Assembly: GCA_964609655.1 (NCBI GenBank)
Contig: CAZSUA010000001.1
Coordinates: 11,839-75,838, forward strand
Length of the DNA: 64,000 nt
Direction of reading: 5' to 3'
From: an uncultured Polyangiaceae bacterium
Lineage (GTDB): Bacteria; Myxococcota_A; Polyangia; Polyangiales; Polyangiaceae
The position numbers and the translations under genes are program-made. Below are positions 9,741 through 18,483 of the stretch, one piece after another. The notes under the pieces are model-generated. The model had not been told where the DNA came from. It saw only the letters and a list, made by a program, of their open reading frames with translations, and made no database searches. The first letter of the stretch is position 1. Each line of letters begins with the position of its first letter.

Positions 9741-10351
9741 TGGCAGAATTGACGCTATCCAAGCTGCGGCTGCCAGCGAAAATTGGCGTGGGTGTGGGCA
9801 CGACCGTGCTCTTCGGTGCCGCCTACTTCGCCGTGTTCTATGGCGATGTCGCGAGCAAGATTGAGGCTTCGGTCAGTTCCGAAGGACGCCTCAAGGTTGA
9901 ACTTCAGGATTGGAAGAAGTCCCAGTTCGCCTACAACAAAGACCTCGAGGAATTGACTGAGCGCGAACAACGTCAAACCGAGCTCAACAAGATCCTACCC
10001 TCCTCCACGGAGTACCCGGCATTTCTCAGCTCCGTACAGAGCGTGGCCAACACCACGGGCGTGAGCTTGATAGCTTGGACGCCGGAAGATGAGGTCAAGA
10101 AAGAGTTCTACGCACGCATCCCGATGAAGCTGGAGCTTCGAGGGCGCTACCACCAAATCGCCAGGTTTTTTTATGGGGTAGGGCAGCTGGATCGCATTAT
10201 CAACATGGAGAACATCGCCATCTCCGAGCCGGTCGTGAAGGGCGACGAGGTGGATGTCAGCGTGAAGGTGCTCGCTACAGCCTTTCGCGCGCTGGGTGCA
10301 GAAGCGGGCGTGCCGGCCGACAAACGTGGCGCGGCCTTGAGGAATCCATGA
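9740..10351 (+). CDS. pilO: type IV pilus assembly protein PilO
   Basis: N-terminal TM helix, a coiled coil and a ferredoxin-like C-terminus. Called partly from its position between pilN and pilP. Confidence 0.85.
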   Translation: MAELTLSKLRLPAKIGVGVGTTVLFGAAYFAVFYGDVASKIEASVSSEGRLKVELQDWKKSQFAYNKDLEELTEREQRQTELNKILPSSTEYPAFLSSVQSVANTTGVSLIAWTPEDEVKKEFYARIPMKLELRGRYHQIARFFYGVGQLDRIINMENIAISEPVVKGDEVDVSVKVLATAFRALGAEAGVPADKRGAALRNP

Positions 10352-10929
10352 GGCTGCGCGAGCTCGGGGCGCTCTTGTCGGCGGCGGCTTTCTTTCAGCT
10401 CGGTTGCGAGGAGCCGGTGGCAACCGGAAATTTGGTTCCAACCCCAACCGCCCAGGCTGCTGCGGTCGGAGTTGAGGCAGCGGCCAGACCCGCGCCTCCG
10501 CGGGTGGAATTTCAGGAGTCGGAATTTTCCGAATCGGATCGTAGTCGAGACCCGTTTCGCAGTTTTCAGGATCTCATCCTGGCAGAGGTTCGCGGAAACC
10601 TGCGTTCGCAGCGCAACGTGGTGCTCGAGGAGTACTCGATCGATGAATTGAGGCTGATCGGGCTGGTGACTGGAATTCAACCGGCCAAGGCCATGCTGGT
10701 CGATCCAAAAGGCAAAGGTCATGTCGTCCAGCGGGGCCAATTCATCGGGCGCCCAGAGACAGTTCAGGCGGCGGGTCCCGGCGCCACGAGCTTCGAGATC
10801 AACTGGCGCATCGACAGCATTCGAGACGGTGACATCATTTTGGTTCGGGAAGACCCGAACAATCCCGATGTTCCGAGTTCTACACGTGTGATCGCCATCC
10901 GGCCCGAAGGCGAACAGCCGCCTCAGTGA
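10348..10929 (+). CDS. pilP: type IV pilus lipoprotein PilP
   Basis: Lipobox FFQLGC after a signal-like segment. Its start overlaps the pilO stop, and it sits directly before the secretin gene. Confidence 0.8.
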   Translation: MRLRELGALLSAAAFFQLGCEEPVATGNLVPTPTAQAAAVGVEAAARPAPPRVEFQESEFSESDRSRDPFRSFQDLILAEVRGNLRSQRNVVLEEYSIDELRLIGLVTGIQPAKAMLVDPKGKGHVVQRGQFIGRPETVQAAGPGATSFEINWRIDSIRDGDIILVREDPNNPDVPSSTRVIAIRPEGEQPPQ

Positions 10930-11039
10930 GCATTGGGCCAGGAAGCCTGTTTACATCGAGTCCCTTGGCCTGACACAATCAAACTGAATTGGTCCAAGAG
11001 GAAAATGTGCCCACCCTGCGATCGAGTTGGAGCTAAGCG

Positions 11040-13346
11040 ATGATGCGGAGGAATCAGCACTTCCCGCGGATTTTTGCCCTTTCGGCAGCGTTCGTTGTTT
11101 CCGGGTTATCCGGGAGTGCGTGGTCGGCGACCCCTGCTGGGTCATTGCGACACGCGACCGCGGTCACCGTTGAGCAGAAAGATGCTGACGGCCCCACGGA
11201 AGTTCGCATTCAGTTTGATTCAACGCCGACCTATACGGCCCGCGTTGATCGCGGTGGGCTGCGAGTGATCTTGGATGTTCCCTCCGCAGTCGTGCAAGGC
11301 GCCAAGCCAGCCATTGTGGGCAAGACTGGACTGGTTGCCGGCGTGCTCACGCAGTCATTCGGATCTGGCGAAAGCTCGACGGCCCGGGTTCTCGTCACGC
11401 TCAGCCAGCCCGCGGAGCGCGTGGTTCGCGTCGAGGGCAACGCTCTGGTGCTATCACTCTCGAAAGTAGCCGCGAACGCCACCCCGAAGCGTGAAGGTGT
11501 GGCGGCCGCCACCCACCACCAAGCAGTGAGCGAGAATCGCGTGCTTGAGGTCAAATTTAGCCACCTTTCCGATCAGGATCAGGTTCTAGTCAAACTGGCG
11601 GCGCCGCCGAGCTACGTCTTGGAAAATGGTCAAGCTGGGCGTTCGCGTCTGGTGCTTCGGAATACAATCTTGCCAGGGGCGCTCCAACAAACGCTCGACG
11701 CGACGGCCTTTGGCGGCCAGCTCAAAACAGTTTCTTCGTACACGGATGCTGTAGCACATGGGGTAACCCTGGATGCCGAGCGACAGGTGTTGGCGACCAG
11801 TCAGGTCCGCGTCGAGGGCTCAAGTCTCGTTTGGTCCTTTTTTCGACCGGGCGATGTGAGCTCAGCCGTGACCGGGATAGCGGCCGACGGCAAAGAAGCG
11901 CGTCGGATCCGAACGCTTCATGTGGATTCACCCGCCTCGGATCTTCCGGAGATCCATGCGACGTTTAGTGGCTTAGAGCAGAGCTCTGGTCCTGTTGAAC
12001 AGGCCGGCAGCTTAACGCCGAGTGTGTTGGGGCAAGTGGCAGGTGGTGGGGGGCGCAGGATCGATTTGGATCTGAAAGATGCGGATATCCACAACGTGCT
12101 CCGCTTGCTGGCGGATGTGGGTAGCGTGAACATCGTGACCGCGGACAACGTCACCGGATCGGTCACGATTCGCATGCGCAATGTGCCGTGGAAGCAGGCG
12201 CTTGACGTCGTGCTTCAGGCTAAAGGCTTGGGCATGATTGAGCGCGGCAACATGGTGCGTGTGGCGCCCCTCGCGGATCTTGAGAAGGAGCGCGAGATGG
12301 AGGTGGCACGTCGCGCACAGGAAGTGCGGCTGGCGCCGCTTGAGACGCGGCTTATTCCCGTCAGTTACGCCACCGCTGATGACGTGCAGCAAAGAGTTTC
12401 TCCGCTGCTTTCCGAGCGCGGCAGCGTGGCGGTGGATACCCGAACCAACATGCTCATCGTTCGGGATCTTTCCGGAAATCTGGACCAGATCGAGCAGCTC
12501 ACGCGTGAGCTCGATACCCAAACTCCACAAGTCTTGGTTGAAGCTCGGATCGTTGAGGCCACCAGCCGCTACATCAAGGACGTCGGGATCCAGTGGGGTG
12601 GGGATGCCAGCTTTTCTCCTGCAACCGCCAACCCTACCGGCCTCGTTTTTCCAAATTCGATCGGCATCGCGGGTGGCGCTAGCGACGGCAATACGCCGAC
12701 GGCCGGGCTTAGCCCCTCCCAAGCGTCCGTGACCAATCCGAATTTCGCGGTCAATCTCCCGGCGGCTGTGGGTGCTGGAAGCGGTGGCGCGCTGGGCTTG
12801 ACCTTTGGGTCGATCGACAACACGATCAATCTCGGGTTGCGCCTTTCGGCGGCGGAGACGAGCGGCATGCTGAGGATCCTATCGAGCCCCAGGATCCTAA
12901 CGCTCGATAACAACGAAGCGCGCATTTCCCAAGGAACTCTCATTCCATTCTCCCAGGTGAGTGCGCAGGGCGTGCAAACCACCTTCCAGGAAGCCAAGCT
13001 GCAATTGTTGGTGACACCCCACGTCACGGCAGACGGCAGCGTCAGCATGAAGGTCAAAATCAATCGCGACGAGCCGGACTTTAACCAGACTTCCGCCCGC
13101 GGCGACCCGACCGTCCTCAAGCGTGAGGCGGAGACTGAACTGCTAGTTCCTGATGGGCACACTGCGGTCATCGGCGGCATCTACACCCGGAATTCGGGCC
13201 GCAGCGCCGACCAAGTGCCTTTCTTCGGTGACATCCCGCTGATCGGCCTGTTGTTCCAGCGTCGTCGCGCTACCGATCAGAGGCAAGAATTGGTGATCTT
13301 TCTCACCCCTCGCATCGTGAATCGCGCGCAGGCACTTGGCCGCTGA
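11040..13346 (+). CDS. pilQ: type IV pilus secretin PilQ
   Basis: Signal peptide, AMIN-like N-terminal repeats, and a secretin C-domain with VPDGHTAVIGGI and VPFFGDIPLIGLLF. Confidence 0.93.
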   Translation: MMRRNQHFPRIFALSAAFVVSGLSGSAWSATPAGSLRHATAVTVEQKDADGPTEVRIQFDSTPTYTARVDRGGLRVILDVPSAVVQGAKPAIVGKTGLVAGVLTQSFGSGESSTARVLVTLSQPAERVVRVEGNALVLSLSKVAANATPKREGVAAATHHQAVSENRVLEVKFSHLSDQDQVLVKLAAPPSYVLENGQAGRSRLVLRNTILPGALQQTLDATAFGGQLKTVSSYTDAVAHGVTLDAERQVLATSQVRVEGSSLVWSFFRPGDVSSAVTGIAADGKEARRIRTLHVDSPASDLPEIHATFSGLEQSSGPVEQAGSLTPSVLGQVAGGGGRRIDLDLKDADIHNVLRLLADVGSVNIVTADNVTGSVTIRMRNVPWKQALDVVLQAKGLGMIERGNMVRVAPLADLEKEREMEVARRAQEVRLAPLETRLIPVSYATADDVQQRVSPLLSERGSVAVDTRTNMLIVRDLSGNLDQIEQLTRELDTQTPQVLVEARIVEATSRYIKDVGIQWGGDASFSPATANPTGLVFPNSIGIAGGASDGNTPTAGLSPSQASVTNPNFAVNLPAAVGAGSGGALGLTFGSIDNTINLGLRLSAAETSGMLRILSSPRILTLDNNEARISQGTLIPFSQVSAQGVQTTFQEAKLQLLVTPHVTADGSVSMKVKINRDEPDFNQTSARGDPTVLKREAETELLVPDGHTAVIGGIYTRNSGRSADQVPFFGDIPLIGLLFQRRRATDQRQELVIFLTPRIVNRAQALGR

Positions 13347-13506
13347 GCGCGCCCAGCTGAGCGTACAAGTCACGGGGCCGAAAGCCTTGAAAGGGCTTCC
13401 GCCTCGTGAAAATGCCGTAATTTTTTCAATCCGCTTGCACGCCCGTCGTGGCGACGGCTATAGCGGAATGTCAGATCTTACTCGCTCGATAGAACGGAGG
13501 TCCTGA

Positions 13507-13761
13507 GTGAAGGAACTTGCAGAATATCTTCTCAGCAACTTGTACGTAGACTTCCAGGGCGACATCTCGGTTGAGACGATTCGGGAGTTTCTGCGCGGTG
13601 ACGACAGTCGCGAGGCGCGAGCTTTACTCGCCAAGATCATTGAAGAAAAAGGGATTGATGATTTGCTTATCACCCTGGCTGATTGCCTGCGAGAGCACCT
13701 CCGCAGCGGGATCCGACCCGAAACGGTGCGCGATCAGCTCAACGTCTACACGGACAGTTGA
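13507..13761 (+). CDS. small acidic hypothetical protein (84 aa)
   Basis: GTG start preceded by GGAGG at appropriate spacing (acggaggtcctgaGTG). No recognisable motif. Confidence 0.5.
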   Translation: MKELAEYLLSNLYVDFQGDISVETIREFLRGDDSREARALLAKIIEEKGIDDLLITLADCLREHLRSGIRPETVRDQLNVYTDS

Positions 13762-13782
13762 GCGGAAACGCTCAGCTCCATC

Positions 13783-13832
13783 TGAGCCAGTGCTGGGCCA
13801 TTTGAGCCAGCACGGGCAGGCTGAGCCAGCAC
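13783..13832 (+). repeat. three direct copies of TGAGCCAG(T/C)(G/A)C spaced 20 and 19 bp apart
   Basis: Copies at 13783-13793, 13803-13813 and 13822-13832, about 90 bp upstream of the GTG start of the kinase/EBP gene. Confidence 0.7.
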
Positions 13833-13919
13833 GATCCTAAGGCAACCCTGAAGCCAACTTTGTTGCCGATCCTGGCCAAGTTCTCAGCTAACATATTACG
13901 TGCTGATTGCTAAGGGTAG

Positions 13920-16900
13920 GTGTCAACTTTGTTGACGGTGGGAGGGCGGACCATCCAACTCGACGCTACGATCGGGAGCGGGGCGACCAGCTTTGTCTTT
14001 CGGGCACACGACGTCGCCACAGCGGAACAGTTTGTACTGAAGGCGGGCCGCCGAGCGCAGGATGCTTCAGTATTCCGCAACGAAGCCGAGCGACATGCTT
14101 GGGTTTGCTGTCCGGAGATCATTCCACTCTTGGCCTTTGACCACGCCAACTGCGCGGCTTCACCTGCGAACGGAACGGAAGGGTCGATTGGGGGTGGTGC
14201 ACCACTGCTCTTGTTCCCCTGGTTGGACGGTGCGCCAGTTGGTTCAGAGCCGGTGGCAGGCGCAGCCAGCGCACAGACCCGAGCTGCGCAGACGCTTCAG
14301 GTTGCCTGGGATCTCGGTCGGGCACTCGATGAGCTCCACGAGCTTGGCCTGGCACACGGCGATATCAAGCCGGACAATGTGCTGTTAACCCGTAGTGGAA
14401 GCGCGCGGCTTTTGGATTTGGGTCAGAGCGGCGAGGCTGCTCAGTGGCTGCCGAGTGGGGGCACACCGCGCTATTTTGCTCCTGAAACCTTGGCTGGCGA
14501 AAATCGCGGTGAGGCCAGGGCGCGCGACCTATTCGCCCTTGGTTTGCTGCTCGCCGAGATTGCTGAGCCGGAGCTCGCAAAGAGCCACAATCCTCTAAAA
14601 AAGCTGAATCAAAAGCCACTTGAGGCGGGCCTCGCTTCTCTTGTCGAACCGCTCCTGCGCGAAAGCCCGAGCGCTCGCCCCTCTGCACGTTGGGTTTGGC
14701 AGCGTGCCGGTCAAAGGCTGGGCGTCTTCGAAGCGCCTGAAGCTGTGCGGAGCTGGCGTCTCCGCCGCGCTCGCGCAGCCTACTTGAACGCACGAAGTGC
14801 TGAGTTGCGAAGTGTCTGGGGAAGCAATTTGGAAGCGGACTTATCACCGGTAGAAAATGAGTGGCTCAAGGAGTTTTTGACTATCAGCGGTCAGGTTGGC
14901 GTCCTACCGGCTTTCGCGAAGCCAACGCCGCACGCACTCCGCCCGTTGAGCGCTGCGGGCCTTGAGGCCTTCTTGCTGCACCTGGTTGGGCCCGTCGCCA
15001 GCGATTGGCCAATTGGGCTCCTCGGTGCCGTCCCTGCAGTGCTTGAACGGGTCGTTGCCCTGCTGGAAACCACTGAGCCCTTGGCTCTGACGTTCTCGAT
15101 GTTGCAAGGGACTCGGGCAAGCGCTTCGCTCGCTGGTTCGGAGCTAGCTGCGAACGCTGGCAGCGCCGACGAGATGGTCGAACTCACGCTGGCGCTGGCG
15201 AGCGAAACTCAATCACTTTCCGCGCTCGCACGCGCTGAATTTCTGATTTCAGAAGGCAATGCTCCACCGACGCTGCTTGGGCTGGTGGCGCGCCGCTTGC
15301 GACTGAGCGGACAATTTGGCCACGCGTTAGTACTTCTCCAAGGCTCGAGCGCGCCAGGGCATCCGATCTTCCTTGCTGAAACTTATCGTCGCGCGAGGGA
15401 CTTCCCGAGTGCGCGGGCGAGCCTCTCGCGCCTCCAAGCAGAGGGTAGATCGCGCGCTCCGAGCGAAGAAGCGCAACTTAGGGCAACCTTGGCGCGCATG
15501 CTCCTCGACGAAGCTGAGCCGGAAAATGCCTTGAATTTACTGGTCGATGCTCCTCTGCACTCGGTCGTGTGGGAAACGCGCGCACTGATCGAGGCCGCTC
15601 TGGGCCAGGCTTCGCTCGCTCTTGAGTCTGCGTCGCGTGCCAAGGCAACCGCACGTGACGCCGAAGAACAAGCACGTGCAGAGGCTGTGCTCGGTTTGGT
15701 AGCCCATCAGCTGGGTGATTTTGAGCTCGAGCTCCAGTCCTTTCGTCGCGCGTCCGAGCACGCCGCGCGTGCGGGCGCAGTGATTGAGGAGGCGCACTAT
15801 TTGACCGGGGTGGCTGCGGCCAGTGTTCAAGTGGGTGCCTATGAGGGCGCTCAGAAAAGCGCCATTCGGGCACGTTTGCTGTTTGACTGGGCAGGGCGCG
15901 GGGGCTCCGCCGCTCGGGCTGTGCAAGCTGAAGCGGCAGTTTTTGCAGCCTTAGGAGCGATCGACGAAGCGGAAGGCTGTGCGGCGGATGCCGAGCGGCG
16001 CGCAAAATTGACCGGGGATGCCCAGTGTCGCGCGTACATTCATCTGACGCTTGCAGATATCGCTCGCGTCAGTCGGGGTGGGCGTGAACACGCAGAGCGA
16101 GCCCAACAACTGCTGGGCGCGGCGATCAGCGATGCCGATCAGGTTCGGGTTGCTGCCCGTGCCCTCCGGCATGGGGCACCCCTAGATATCCGGTCCATTG
16201 ACGTTCTGGCTCGGAGTTGTGCGGCCATGGATGCCTCGTTCGAATGGTGGGGGGCACGGGCCGTGCATGCTGAAAAAGCCAAGCACCCCAGCGCCTCCGC
16301 GTCGGTCATTGCGGAACTTTTGGCTCTCTCCACGGTCCGCGCTGCGGCGGGCGTGCGTGGGCCCGCGCTGGCGGCAGGGGCTCAATTGGCATCGGTACTC
16401 GGTGATGGCGAAGCAGCGCGTCGGTTGTTTGCGGCCGCTGGCGAAGCGGCGCGTCAGGTTATCCGCTTGGCGCCAACCTCGCTCGTTGCGAGAGTCGAAG
16501 CGATCCCATGGGTGGCGCGCTGCCAGGCGGTTCGCGAGCAAACACTTCTGCCCGAGCAGCTCTCGGATGTGGAGGGGCTGGTGCGTGCGCTCGGTGGCCG
16601 GGAGGATCTCCGACTCCAGTTTGAACGAATCCTGGATATGTTAGTGTTGTGGACGGGGGTTGAACGAGCGTTGCTGCTGCTGCCGGCACCCAATGGGAAG
16701 TTGATCGTGCGCTCTGCTCGCAACCTGGCGCGTACCGATCTGAATGGTCTGCAGCTTGAGCTGAGTCGCTCGCTGGCGCAGCGTGCACTCGATGAAGGGC
16801 AACCTGTGGTTGCAGTGGACGCTCAGTATGATTTGCCCGAGGCGCACGCCAGTGTGCACGCCCTGAAGTTGCGCAGTGTGCTGGCGGTGCCGCTGATTTC

Positions 16901-18110
16901 GCATGGCCAGAAGCTGGGTGTTGTCTATTTGGATGATCGCATCAAGCGTGGTGCTTTTGGACCTCAAGAGCTCGGCTGGGTGCGTGTGATCGCCAGCCTG
17001 GCAGCGGTGGCGTTGGCAGACACGCGAGCTCAACTCTTGCTCCGCCGCTCGCTGCGCCGTGCCGCGCGCGCCGAAGCGCGTGTGCGTGCGACGCTCGGGC
17101 AACGGGAAGCCGAACTCGATGCAGCACAAAGAGAGCTTGCGCTGGCGCGCAAGGGGCGCAGCACGCGTTACGCCTACGACGCCATTGTCGGCGAGAGTGA
17201 GGCCATTATGAGCATGCTCTCATTGATTGATCGGGTGGCCGGCGCCGACATCCCCGTGCTCATCGTCGGCGAGTCAGGCAGTGGCAAGGAGCTGGTTGCG
17301 CGTGCGTTGCACGTGAATAGCCCTCGAGCGAAGGGTCCTTTCGTTTCCGAAAATTGCTCCGCGATTCCGGAAACCTTGTTAGAATCGGCGTTATTTGGGC
17401 ACGTTCGCGGTGCTTTCACTGGCGCGACAAGCACTCGGGCCGGTCTGTTTGACGCCGCGGATGGCGGAACGCTCTTTCTTGATGAAATTGCGGAAATGAG
17501 CTTGGGCATGCAGACCAAGCTGCTGCGGGTTCTCGAAGATGGTCTCGTAAAGCCCGTTGGTTCCGAGCGTACGCGTAAGGTCAACGTGCGAGTTCTCGGG
17601 GCGACACATCGTGATCTAGAGGAATGGGTCAGCTCGGGGAGGTTCCGCAAAGATCTTTACTATCGATTGAATGTGCTGACGCTCAAGGTTCCAGCCCTCC
17701 GGGAACGCTCAGGTGACGTAATACTTCTGATCAAACACTTCATCAAACAATATTCTACGGATCGCCCTCGCAGGTTATCTCGGGGAGCCGAAGCAGCGCT
17801 CTTGTCGTATTCTTGGCCCGGCAACGTGCGACAACTCCAAAATGAGATCCGGCGTGCGCTCTTGATGGCAGATGACACCATCGAACTAGAACATCTGAGT
17901 CCACCCATCATCGGGGCCGCCCCTGGGGATGCCGCGCGCGCGGATTCGGTCAACCTGAAGGTGCGGGTGGATGCCATGGAGCGCCAGCTCGTTGGGCTTG
18001 CGTTGGAGCGAACCTCAGGCAATCAAACGCGCGCCGCGGAGATGCTGGGTGTTTCGCGCTTCGGGCTGCAGAAAATGCTAAAGCGCCTTGAAATCGACGC
18101 TAAAGGCTAG
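13920..18110 (+). CDS. Ser/Thr protein kinase domain fused to a helical/TPR-like region, a GAF domain, a sigma-54 AAA+ activator domain and a Fis-type HTH
   Basis: Kinase: IGSGATSFVF, FVLK, HGDIKPDNVLL, GTPRYFAPE. About 600 aa of Ala/Leu-rich helical repeats follow. GAF-like region around 16630-16950. AAA+: GESGSGKE (Walker A), GAFTGA, TLFLDEI. C-terminal HTH: GNQTRAAEMLGVSRFGLQKMLKRL. Confidence 0.88.
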   Translation: MSTLLTVGGRTIQLDATIGSGATSFVFRAHDVATAEQFVLKAGRRAQDASVFRNEAERHAWVCCPEIIPLLAFDHANCAASPANGTEGSIGGGAPLLLFPWLDGAPVGSEPVAGAASAQTRAAQTLQVAWDLGRALDELHELGLAHGDIKPDNVLLTRSGSARLLDLGQSGEAAQWLPSGGTPRYFAPETLAGENRGEARARDLFALGLLLAEIAEPELAKSHNPLKKLNQKPLEAGLASLVEPLLRESPSARPSARWVWQRAGQRLGVFEAPEAVRSWRLRRARAAYLNARSAELRSVWGSNLEADLSPVENEWLKEFLTISGQVGVLPAFAKPTPHALRPLSAAGLEAFLLHLVGPVASDWPIGLLGAVPAVLERVVALLETTEPLALTFSMLQGTRASASLAGSELAANAGSADEMVELTLALASETQSLSALARAEFLISEGNAPPTLLGLVARRLRLSGQFGHALVLLQGSSAPGHPIFLAETYRRARDFPSARASLSRLQAEGRSRAPSEEAQLRATLARMLLDEAEPENALNLLVDAPLHSVVWETRALIEAALGQASLALESASRAKATARDAEEQARAEAVLGLVAHQLGDFELELQSFRRASEHAARAGAVIEEAHYLTGVAAASVQVGAYEGAQKSAIRARLLFDWAGRGGSAARAVQAEAAVFAALGAIDEAEGCAADAERRAKLTGDAQCRAYIHLTLADIARVSRGGREHAERAQQLLGAAISDADQVRVAARALRHGAPLDIRSIDVLARSCAAMDASFEWWGARAVHAEKAKHPSASASVIAELLALSTVRAAAGVRGPALAAGAQLASVLGDGEAARRLFAAAGEAARQVIRLAPTSLVARVEAIPWVARCQAVREQTLLPEQLSDVEGLVRALGGREDLRLQFERILDMLVLWTGVERALLLLPAPNGKLIVRSARNLARTDLNGLQLELSRSLAQRALDEGQPVVAVDAQYDLPEAHASVHALKLRSVLAVPLISHGQKLGVVYLDDRIKRGAFGPQELGWVRVIASLAAVALADTRAQLLLRRSLRRAARAEARVRATLGQREAELDAAQRELALARKGRSTRYAYDAIVGESEAIMSMLSLIDRVAGADIPVLIVGESGSGKELVARALHVNSPRAKGPFVSENCSAIPETLLESALFGHVRGAFTGATSTRAGLFDAADGGTLFLDEIAEMSLGMQTKLLRVLEDGLVKPVGSERTRKVNVRVLGATHRDLEEWVSSGRFRKDLYYRLNVLTLKVPALRERSGDVILLIKHFIKQYSTDRPRRLSRGAEAALLSYSWPGNVRQLQNEIRRALLMADDTIELEHLSPPIIGAAPGDAARADSVNLKVRVDAMERQLVGLALERTSGNQTRAAEMLGVSRFGLQKMLKRLEIDAKG

Positions 18111-18210
18111 CTTGATCGCGGAATAGAAGCACCGCCACGACGCGCGAGTGGCGCGGGTAAGGATTCGCGGAAATCCCCAGCGCTGGGCAGGGGTCGTCGC
18201 TGCGATCCGA

Positions 18211-18230
18211 GTAGTAAGTTTGCTTACTAT
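18211..18230. repeat. AT-rich inverted repeat GTAGTAAG-tttg-CTTACTAT, related to the palindrome at 36363-36390
   Basis: Arms TAGTAAG / CTTACTA seen directly. It is immediately followed by the 14-bp perfect GC palindrome tgcctcgcgaggca (18237-18250). Confidence 0.75.
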
Positions 18231-18290
18231 TCTTGGTGCCTCGCGAGGCATGCGGGGAGCGAGTACAGACGGGGGTGAGTGATTGAGGAA

Positions 18291-18362
18291 GAGGCAGCGC
18301 GAGTAGTAATGAGGCAGCGCGAGTTTAGTGAGGCAGCGCGAGTTTAGTGAGGCAGCGCGAGT
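18291..18362. repeat. four tandem copies of GAGGCAGCGCGAGT with a 19-20 bp period
   Basis: Copies at 18291-18304, 18311-18324, 18330-18343 and 18349-18362, separated by agtaat or ttagt. They lie in a gap downstream of both convergent flanking genes. Confidence 0.9.
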
Positions 18363-18427
18363 ACAGATGTGCAGATTGAGAGAGGATAGGGCCAAATGAT
18401 TGAGGGTAATTGAGCAAAGGCAGACAC

Positions 18428-18483
18428 TAAGAATTGGCTAAGCGCCAACGGGAGTTAAGAATTGGTTAAGCGCCAACGGGAGT
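18428..18483. repeat. 28-bp tandem duplication (1 mismatch) that includes the last codons and stop of the minus-strand gene 18466..19053
   Basis: taagaattggCtaagcgccaacgggagt (18428-18455) against taagaattggTtaagcgccaacgggagt (18456-18483). Confidence 0.9.

Noticed and set aside
13873-13888. Sigma-54-like TGGCC-N-CAGC element upstream of the kinase/EBP gene (and a similar TGGCGA..ATAGC at 13449-13464 upstream of the small ORF)
   Set aside because: The GG-to-GC spacing is 11 nt rather than the required 10, and the flanking consensus bases are poor.
18291-18362. Possible CRISPR array
   Set aside because: The repeat unit is only 14 bp with 5-6 bp 'spacers' that are themselves nearly identical. 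There are no cas genes and no unique spacers.
18078-18395. 105-aa minus-strand ORF spanning the tandem-repeat gap
   Set aside because: It overlaps the 3' end of the kinase/EBP gene. The repeat period (19-20 bp) is not a multiple of 3, so the repeats produce no periodic peptide, and there is no RBS or motif.
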